A DNA stretch of 40,832 bases from Chiloscyllium plagiosum (lineage: Eukaryota), in NCBI RefSeq assembly GCF_004010195.1, contig NC_057753.1, positions 14,825,230 to 14,866,061 on the forward strand, in the 5' to 3' direction. This document shows positions 33,603 through 40,832 of this stretch, piece by piece. The position numbers were made by a program, and so were the translations under genes. How positions within the stretch are numbered: the stretch's first letter is position 1; each line of letters opens with the position of its first letter. The notes below the pieces were generated by a model. That model saw nothing but the letters and a program-made list of their open reading frames with translations, was not told where the DNA came from and did no database searches.

Positions 33603-34345
33603 TTAGAGATGTACAGCACGGGAAACAGACCCTTCAGCCCAACCCGGCTGTGCCGACCCAGATATCCCTAACCTAATCCAGTCCCCGTTTGCCAGCCCCT
33701 GCCCCGTATCCCTCCAAACCCTTCCTATCCCTGTCCCCATCCACCTTTTCAATGCTGTCATTGTACTAGCCTCCACCCTTCCTCTGGCAGCTCATTCCAC
33801 ACACGCACCACCCTCTGGGTGAGAAAGTTACCCCTCGGGTCCCTTTCCCCTCTCACCCTAAACCTACGCCCCTCTAGTTCTGGACTTCATCCCCCACCCC
33901 AGGGAAAAGACCTCGGCTATTCACTGTACCATGTCCCTCATGATTTTATAAACCTCTAAAAGGTCACCCCTTAGTCTCCGACACTCCAGGGAAAACAGCC
34001 CCAGCCTGTTCAGCCTCTCCCTGTAGCTCAGATCCTCCAACCCTGGTAACATTCATGTAAATCTTTTCTGAGCCCTTTTGAGTTTCACAACATCCGTCCT
34101 ATAGCAGGGAGACCAGAACTGAATGCAGTGGCCCTAACCAATGTCCAGTACAGCCACAACCTGACCTCCCAACTCCTGTACTCAATACNNNNNNNNNNNN
34201 NNNNNNNNNNNNNNNNNNNNNNNNNNNNNNNNNNNNNNNNNNNNNNNNNNNNNNNNNNNNNNNNNNNNNNNNNNNNTTTATCTGAATTAAACTCCATCTG
34301 CCACTTCTCAGCCCATTGGCCCATCTGGTCCAGACCCTGTTGTAC
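33603..34345 (-). mobile_element. 5'-truncated CR1 with 3' end (N gap 34189-34276)
   Basis: Encodes WAEKWQMEFNSDK and IEYRSWEV; a CR1 tail ends at about 33605. Confidence 0.88.
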
Positions 34346-35053
34346 TCCAGAGGCTTCCGCCCTATTTACGTCTATTCTATCCACACCTTTTATCCTCTTG
34401 AATACCTCAGTTTGATCTCCCCTCAGTCATCTAAATTCCAGAGAGTACAGGCCTAAACTGTTCAATCCCTCTTCATACGACAAGCCCCTCATCTCTGGGA
34501 TCAATCCAGTGAGCGCCCTCTGAGCTGCCTCCAACGTCACGACGCCTGTCCTTGAATAACGGAACCAAAACTGTGCATGATACTCCGGGTGCGCTCTCAC
34601 CAGTCCCTCATACAGTTACAACAACACTTCCTTACCTTTCCACTCCAATCCCTTAGCTCTGAAAGCTGACAGTCCATTTGCTTTCTTTATTATCTGCCAT
34701 TCACGATTGCTAGTTTTCTGTGACTCATGAACTAGAGCACCCAGATCCCCCTGCACCTTCTCAAGCAGGGGTGTTACGTTAGCCATTTTCCAGTCCTCTG
34801 GGACCCTCCTGCCTCAGTGATTCCCGAACGATCACCACCAGAGCCTGTGCAGTCTCCTCAGCTGTCTCTTTCAGAACTCTGGGGTGTAGTCCATCTGGTC
34901 CAGGGGATTTATCCACCTTCACGCCTTTCAGCTTTCCCCCAGTACCTTTCTCCTGAGCGATGGCCCCCTGACTCTCTCCAGGTTCTGGTACGCCGCTGGT
35001 GCCTTCCGCTGTGAACACTGAGGCAAAGTAACCTGTTCAGTTCCTGCCCCAGG

Positions 35054-35279
35054 AGCACTGCTGCCTCACAGCACCAGGGGCCCAGGTTCGATTCCAGCCT
35101 CGGGGCGACTGTCTGTGTGGAGTTGGCACGTTCTCCCGCTGTGTCTGCGTGGGTTTCTTCCAGGAAGCTCTGGTTTCCTCTCACAGTCCAAAGATGTACA
35201 GGTTAGGGCGGATTGGCCGTGCTAAATTACCCATAGTGCCCAGGGATGTGCAGATTAGGTTGGATTGGCCGTGCTAAAT
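35054..35279 (+). mobile_element. HE1/V-SINE-type SINE, truncated, with an internal duplication
   Basis: B box GGTTCGATTCC, the same central domain as at 6656-6952, and two copies of GATTGGCCGTGCTAAAT. Confidence 0.85.
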
Positions 35280-35280
35280 G

Positions 35281-35701
35281 CCTCATCTTCCGCTTCGGGA
35301 CCCTTCAACCCCAGGGCATCAATGTGGACTTCACCAGTTTCCTCATTTCCCCTCCCCCCACATAACCTCAGTTCCAACCTTCCAGCTCAGCACTTGTCCT
35401 CATGACCTGTCCTACCTGCCTATCTCCCTTCCCACCTATCCGCTCTGCCCTCCTCTCTGACCTATCACCTCCATCCCCACCCCCATCCACCTAGTGTACA
35501 CTTTGCTACCTTCTCCCCCACCCACCCCCTCTTCCATTTATCTCTCCACCCCGGAGGCTCCCAGCCTCTATTCCTGATGAAGGGCTCCTGCCCGAAACGT
35601 CGATTTTCTTGCTCCCTGGATGCTGCCTGACCTGCTGTGCTTTTCCAGCGCCACTCTTGACCTTGACTCCGATCTCCAGCATCTGCAGTCCTCACTTTTT
35701 C
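35281..35701 (+). mobile_element. 3' end of a Penelope-like element (Neptune-like ORF terminus plus terminal repeat)
   Basis: LIFRFGTLQPQGINVDF* style terminus, typical of the end of PLE GIY-YIG domains. It is followed by a C-rich UTR, a hammerhead motif and the tail shared with 19557-19664. Confidence 0.8.
35570..35605 (+). ncRNA. Minimal hammerhead ribozyme motif, intact core
   Basis: AUUC-CUGAUGA-A-GGGC(UCCU)GCCC-GAAACGUC-GAUU; stem II is perfectly paired. Confidence 0.75.
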
Positions 35702-36719
35702 CCCCCTTCCGATCAACTCGGGCCAGCTCCTCCCTCGCCTCTTTGCAGCTACACTTACTCAATCGCAACGTCTGAATCCAGCTTTTCCCTCTCAGACCGC
35801 AGGGTGAATTCTTACACACAATGCTCACTGCCTCCTAGCGGCTCCTTCATCTTAAGCTTCCTAATCAAGTCTGCCGCGTCCCCAGAAACCAGGATTGTCT
35901 GTTCCCCAGTGGGCTCTACCACAAACTGCTCCGATAAACCATCTGCTAGGTGTTTTACAAATCCCTTTTCCTGGAGATCCACTACCAACCTGATTCTGAA
36001 CGCTTCCAGGATTATTGTAATAGTGTCTTCTCTCTCTCCTGATCTATTTTCTTCCCGACTGCCTCGAGAGGGCCTGTACACAAGACGTGTAGCCTTGGCT
36101 GCTTAGTTCCTAGCCCTGCTTCCGTGATACCCACAGCGTTGTGTCTGCTGACTTCGATCTGCGCTGTCAGTCCACTTACCTCATTCCGTGCACAACAGCT
36201 TCAGTCCTGCGTTGACTGACACGCTTCTCAGAGTGGCCCCCTTATCTGCTGTTAGATTCCTAAACTTACTTAGCGAGTTTTGAGAAGATTTGTAGCTCAG
36301 GTTGACATTCTGGATGTGGGTTTGCTCGCTGAGCTGGAAGGTTCATTTCCAGACGTTTTGTCACCGCACTAGGTAACATCTTCATTTTACACGGTATTTT
36401 GTAATCTTTGGCATCACTAGACGAAACTAATTAGAGGAAACCTTCAAGACCATCAGTAATACCCTTACTGGCATAAAATTCACTGAAGAGGAGGAAAACA
36501 ACAACAAAGTGCCATTCCTAGATGTCACAGTAGAGTGAACAGCCAATGGGGAACTTCAAACTAGCGTCTACAGAAAAACAACACATACGGACCAAATACA
36601 GAACTACAGAAGCAATCATCCCAACACCCACAAACTAAGCTGCATCAGAACGTTATTTCAACGAGCCAACACACAGAGGAACTATGCAGAGCAGAGGAAA
36701 ATCACCTATACCTATATAA

Positions 36720-36982
36720 GGGCAGCACGGTGGCTCAGTGGTTCGCACTGCTGCCTCACAGCACCTCTGGCGACTGTCTGTGTGGAGTTTGCACATTCTC
36801 CCCGTGTCTGCGTGGGTTTCCTCCCACATGTGCAGGTTAGGGTGAATTGGCCGTGCTAAATTACCCGTAACGTTAGGTGCATTAGTCAGAGGGAAATGGG
36901 TTCGGGTGGGTTACTATTCGGAGGGACGGTGTGGACTGGTTGGGCCGAAGGGCTGTTTCCACACCGTAAGGGAATCTAATCT
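36720..36982 (+). mobile_element. HE1/V-SINE-type SINE (B box deleted) inserted in the Penelope ORF
   Basis: Head GGGCAGCACGGTGGCTCAGTGG, central domain, and tail GGGCCGAAGGGCTGTTTCCACACCGTAAGGGAATCTAATCTA. It splits the host peptide EENHLY|RVFKKNG. Confidence 0.88.
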
Positions 36983-37068
36983 ACCGTGTATTCAAAAAGA
37001 ATGGGTACCCAATGAACACAGTCCGCCGATTTCTCAGCAACAAACCCAAACAAACAGACAAAACGCGT

Positions 37069-37643
37069 TCCAAGTTTGGGAGAAGATTTGTAGCTCGGGT
37101 GCTCGTTGTTGTGGTTCTGTTCGCCGAGCTGGGAATTCATGTTGCAGACATTTCGTCCCCTGTCTAGGTGACATCCTCGGTGCTTGGGAGCCTCCTGTGA
37201 AGCGCTTCTGTGATGTTTCCTCCAGCATTTATAGTGGTTTGTCTCTGCCGCTTCCGGGTGTCAGTTCCAGCTGTCCACTGAAGTGGCCGGTATATTGGGT
37301 CCAGGTCGATGTGCTTATTGATTGAGTCTGTGGATGAGTGCCATGCCTCTAGGAATTCCCTGGCTGTTCTCTGTTTGGCTTGACCTATAATAGTAGTGTT
37401 GTCCCAGTTGAACTCATGTTGCTTGTCATCTGTGTGTGTGGCTACTAAGGATAGCTGGTCGTGTCGTTTCGTGGTAGTTGGCGTTCATGGATACGGATCG
37501 TTAGCTGTCTTCCTGTTTGTCCTGTGTAGTGTTTTGTGCAGTCCTTGCATGGGACTTTGTACACCACATTGGTTTTGCTCATGCTGGGTATCGGGTCCTT
37601 GGTCCTGGTGAGTTGTTGTCTGAGAGTGGCTGTTGGTTTGTGT
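37069..37643 (-). mobile_element. Second Penelope subfamily (GIY-YIG end plus terminal repeat) inserted antisense in the first
   Basis: Encodes HKPTATLRQQLTRTKDP...NVVYKVPCKDCTKHYTGQTGR, with a decayed hammerhead at 37144-37183. The host reading DKTR|P resumes at 37644. Confidence 0.88.
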
Positions 37644-38231
37644 CCAGGAACCCCAGCCACTCTCCCCGACATCAAAGACATCTCGGGAATGACTGTCAGA
37701 CTACTCGGACCCCTTGGCATCGTGGTAGCCCACAGACCCACCAAAACAGCAGCTAATGAAGTTGAAAGGCCCTATACAGACAACAAGCAAAACTAATGTC
37801 ATTTATAAAATACTGTGCAAGGACTGTAACAAACACTACATTGGACAAACAGGCAGAAAACTAGCCACCAGGATACATGAACATCATCTAGCCACAAAAC
37901 GACATGACCCTCTCTCACTAGTATCCTCACGTATGGATGAGGAAGGACACCACTTCGATTGGGACAACACATCCATCTTAGGACAAGCCAAACAGAGACA
38001 CGCACGAGAATTCCTAGAAGCATGGCATTCCAACCAAACCTCTATCGACAAACCCATCGAGTTAGACCCCATCTACCACCCACCTGAGAAAACGAGTTAG
38101 ACCCCATCTACCACCCACCTGAGAAAAAGGAACAGGAAGTGACTTCCCCACAGGAAACGACACCACCAACCCAAAGAGACCCAAACATATAAACAGAAAG
38201 CAGAATTATCAGCAGTGCTTCGCCCGGAGGC

Positions 38232-38271
38232 CCACTGAAGATGTTACCTAGTAGGGTGACGAAACGTCTGG
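38232..38271 (+). ncRNA. Minimal hammerhead ribozyme motif, intact core
   Basis: CCA-CUGAAGA-U-GUUACC(UAGUAG)GGUGAC-GAAACGUC-UGG: helix I CCA/UGG, 6-bp stem II, palindromic ACGU helix III, GUC triplet. It lies in the terminal repeat of a PLE. Confidence 0.8.
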
Positions 38272-38424
38272 AAATGAACCTTCCAGCTCAGCGAGCAAAC
38301 CTACATCCATTTCCATACTCTCTGTCTTGTTACGCATTCTGGCAGACCTTAATAACCTCTCCTTCCTGATCCCTCCCTCCCTTAAACTTTTTCCGTAACT
38401 TTCCATGCAACTGAACCCAGCTCA

Positions 38425-39000
38425 TTCCGTGCAATTCTGGTCTCCTTCCTATTGGAAAGATGTTGTGAAACTTGAAAGGGTTCAGAAAAGATTTGCAGGG
38501 ATGTTGCCAGAGTTGGAGGATTTGAGCTACAGGGAGAGGCTGAACAGTCTGGGGCTGTTTTTCCTGGAGCCTCAGAGGCTGAGGGGTGACCTTAAGAGAG
38601 GTTTATAAAATCACGAGGGGGCATGAGTAGGGTAAACAGACAAGGTCTTTTCCCTGGGGTCGGGGGAGTCCAGAACTATAGGGGCATAGGTTTAGGGTGA
38701 GAGCCTCGGAGGCTGAGGGGTGACCTTATAGAGGTTTATAAAATCATGAGGGGTAATGGATAGGATAAATAGACAAAGTCTCTTCCCTGGGGTTGGGGAG
38801 TCCAGAACTAGAGGGGCGTAGGCTTAAGGCGAGAGGGGAAAGATATAAAAGAGACCTCAGGGGCAACGTTTCACACAGAGGGTGATACGTGTGTGGAATG
38901 AGCTGCCAGAGGAAGTGGTGGAGGCTGGTACAATGACAGCATTTAAAAGGGTGGATGGGGACAGGGATAGGAAGGGATTGGAGGGATATGGGCCGGGCGC
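38425..39000 (+). mobile_element. CR1 3' fragment with an internal tandem duplication of about 135 bp
   Basis: Encodes VQFWSPSYWKDVVKLERVQKRF...RLRGDL. The segment starting CCTC(A/G)GAGGCTGAGGGGTGACC occurs at 38570 and 38704. Confidence 0.88.
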
Positions 39001-39309
39001 CCCCAGATTCAGTACTTAGTTTAAAGCCCTAATCATAACCCTAGTTACTTAATTCACTAGGACTCGGGTCCCGGCATGATTCAGGTGCCCGCCTCATTCG
39101 AACACCCCCCCACTTAGTGGTAGTCAGGAAAATAAATCAGGAGATAGAGAAGGCGTTGTTACGATAATCCTGGAGACCTTCTATATGCAGTTGGAATGGG
39201 GTGAGTCAGGTTGGTCATGGATCTCCATGAAGAGGAATTTGTAGAATATCTACCAGGTGGTTTTCCGGAGCAGCTTGTGGCAGGTACCATAGGGTCCACA
39301 GGGTTAATT

Positions 39310-39690
39310 TATCCCCACACGGAAGGGGGTGGTGAGTGTCAGGAACGGGCTGCGACAGGTCGTGGCAGAGGGCGGGTACCACTTTGGCATTTAAGAAACA
39401 CTTGGAGAGGTACGTGGTTGGTGTGGGGATGGAGGGACAGAGGCCAAACGCAGGCACATGGGACTAGGTTCGCAAGTTTGGAGAAGGTTGGTAGCTCGGG
39501 TCGAGGTTCTGGATGTGGGTTTGCTCGCTGAGCTGGAAGGTTCGCCTCCAGACGCTTCGTCACCCTACGAGGCGACATCTTCAAGTGGGCGAAGCGCGGC
39601 TGACAATTCCGAGATTAATCGCTCGATTAGTTGGGAAAACGGGGGCGGCATGGACGGGTTGGGCCGAAGGGCCTGTTTACGTGCTGTGGG
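39310..39690 (+). mobile_element. Old CR1 3' end interrupted by an antisense solo Penelope terminal repeat (about 39470-39610)
   Basis: The CR1 tail GGGACTAG...GGCATGGACGGGTTGGGCCGAAGGGCCTGTTT is split by sequence matching 36272-36384, with a decayed hammerhead at 39548-39588. Confidence 0.75.
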
Positions 39691-39924
39691 CCTCCAGAAC
39701 GTAGACCATTCCAGCACGGTCCAGGCCCTTTGGCCCTCGATGTCGTGCCGGCCTGTGGAACCGACCTGAAGCCCATCCAACCTAACCCATTGCATTCTCA
39801 CCTGCGTTTGTCCGGTGACCTTTCCTCGATGACTCTATCGCCGCCAGTGCCTCGTGGGCTCTCGCTCCCGCGCCAGTCTCTGAGCCACGCGTTTACGAGG
39901 CCGGTCTTGTTTCACATTCCTCGG

Positions 39925-39960
<36 letters not shown>

Positions 39961-40427
39961 TCTCTCTCTCCGCCTTTGGTACAACTGGACTTTCCCCGCC
40001 CATCCCCCTCCACCGCTCCAAGTTCCGGCACGAGGATTTACCTCCCTACAGGGCGCTCCTCCCCCCCCCACTCCCATCCACACAGGGAGCACGAGCCTCT
40101 TTTTCCGAACACGCCATCGATCGATGCAGGGGGTGGTGGGGAGACAGAAGCTGAGACGCCGAATGATTTCGGAAGGAGAGGCGGGCTGGCGGACAAATTA
40201 AACCGGGAGGGATTCGGGGAGGGGTTGGCGCCGTTGGGGGGGGGTGGTGGGGTGCGAGGGAGGGAGATGGGAATGAGAGCGTTGCTCCACGGAGAGGTAG
40301 CACAGCTCGATGGGCGGAATGGCCACCCCCCCACCCCACACCCCGATTGGCGGTGTTCTCCCAGACCTGAGGGGGGCGTGATGAGGTTCGCCGCCGAGAC
40401 CCACCTCCCTGTCCCTTCTCTCTTCAG

Positions 40428-40498
40428 AAACAGTGAAGACGATGATCGTCAAGGGGAAAGCGGCCGTGGACACGGAGTGCCAACAGAAGCTGGGCAAG
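40428..40498 (+). CDS. PARP2: PARP2 internal exon immediately preceding the WGR domain
   Basis: Acceptor CCCTTCTCTCTTCAG|, donor AAG|GTACCG, phase 1 to 0. Encodes xTVKTMIVKGKAAVDTECQQKLGK, matching human PARP2 ESVKALLLKGKAPVDPECTAKVGK. Not shown in the ORF track in this frame. Confidence 0.9.
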
Positions 40499-40740
40499 GT
40501 ACCGCCGGTTTGAGGGGTGGGGGGAGAGAGGGGCAGCGGCACGGTGCTGCCCCACGCGAGGATCTGAGCTGGACTGACAAAGCTGGCCCCCTGCGTCACT
40601 TCTCCGTGCCCACTCCCTCTGCTCCTGTTAACGCAGTGATCTGTCACTCGCATTAATCCCAAAACCCCTACCGATGCCAACTCGTCGCCCTCCATTCCCC
40701 AGACTCTCGCTAACTTGGATTAGGCCTTTGGTGTGCAATA

Positions 40741-40832
40741 TCCCTCACTCCCTCCCCCTCACTCCCTCCCTCCCTCCCTCCCTCCCCCTCACTCCCTCCC
40801 CCTCACTCCCTCCCCCTCACTCCCTCCCCCTC
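40741..40832. repeat. 14-bp C-rich minisatellite (CACTCCCTCCCCCT)n, running off the window end
   Basis: Directly visible; the minus strand has recurrent G-runs. Confidence 0.9.

Larger units (their letters stand above)
36272..38309 (+). mobile_element. Penelope-like element, 5'-truncated, with an inverted terminal-repeat copy at its 5' end (36272-36384) and two nested insertions
   Basis: Encodes PFLDV, VYRKTTHTDQ, SNHPNTHK and the GIY-YIG region NVIYKILCKDCNKHYIGQTGRKLATRIHEH...REFLEAWHS. Positions 36311-36384 are the reverse complement of about 38236-38309. Confidence 0.92.
34346..39095 (-). mobile_element. Old, once long CR1 broken into pieces (about 34346-35052, 35703-36266, 38310-38424, 39001-39095) by later insertions
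   Basis: Collinear on the - strand: ORF1 esterase-like end (HLNHAGTRVL...ALN*), linker, endonuclease (EQFVVEPT...EPLGGSEH), KVDKSPGPDGLHPRVLKE, then the RT C-terminus. Joining the pieces into one element is inference. Confidence 0.6.

Noticed and set aside
39180..39206. Micro-exon TGCAG|TTGGAATGGG|GTGAGT as the missing PARP2 exon
   Set aside because: It lies inside a decayed CR1 endonuclease fragment (…EEEFVE…EQLV) and lacks a polypyrimidine tract.
39631..40656. 341-aa ORF overlapping the PARP2 exon
   Set aside because: Chance open frame in GC-rich sequence through a CR1 tail and (CT)n. The real exon is read in another frame.

Overview
Vertebrate genomic DNA. The repeats (CR1 LINEs, HE1/V-SINE-type SINEs, Penelope-like elements) point to a cartilaginous fish, probably a shark; this is inference. 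Two spliced genes lie on the + strand. The first is an hnRNP C/RALY-family gene, most likely HNRNPC, with a long 5' intron and a first coding exon (ATG 18401) cut off by a 500-N scaffold gap. The second is PARP2, with a CpG- and CCAAT-rich promoter (about 21.0-22.1 kb), exons at 22088, 27100 and 27830 that encode an N-terminal WWE domain absent from mammalian PARP2, and a pre-WGR exon at 40428. Introns contain nested CR1, SINE and Penelope-like (RT + GIY-YIG) elements, 41-bp and (CA)n-based minisatellites and a 5.1-kb 30-bp satellite. The Penelope-derived repeats carry about ten minimal hammerhead-ribozyme motifs in three sequence families, four with intact catalytic cores. One set sits in a TSD-flanked, 494-bp non-autonomous element. 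The 1586-aa ORF is a repeat artefact. The perfectly homogeneous satellite may be gap-fill that hides missing PARP2 exons.
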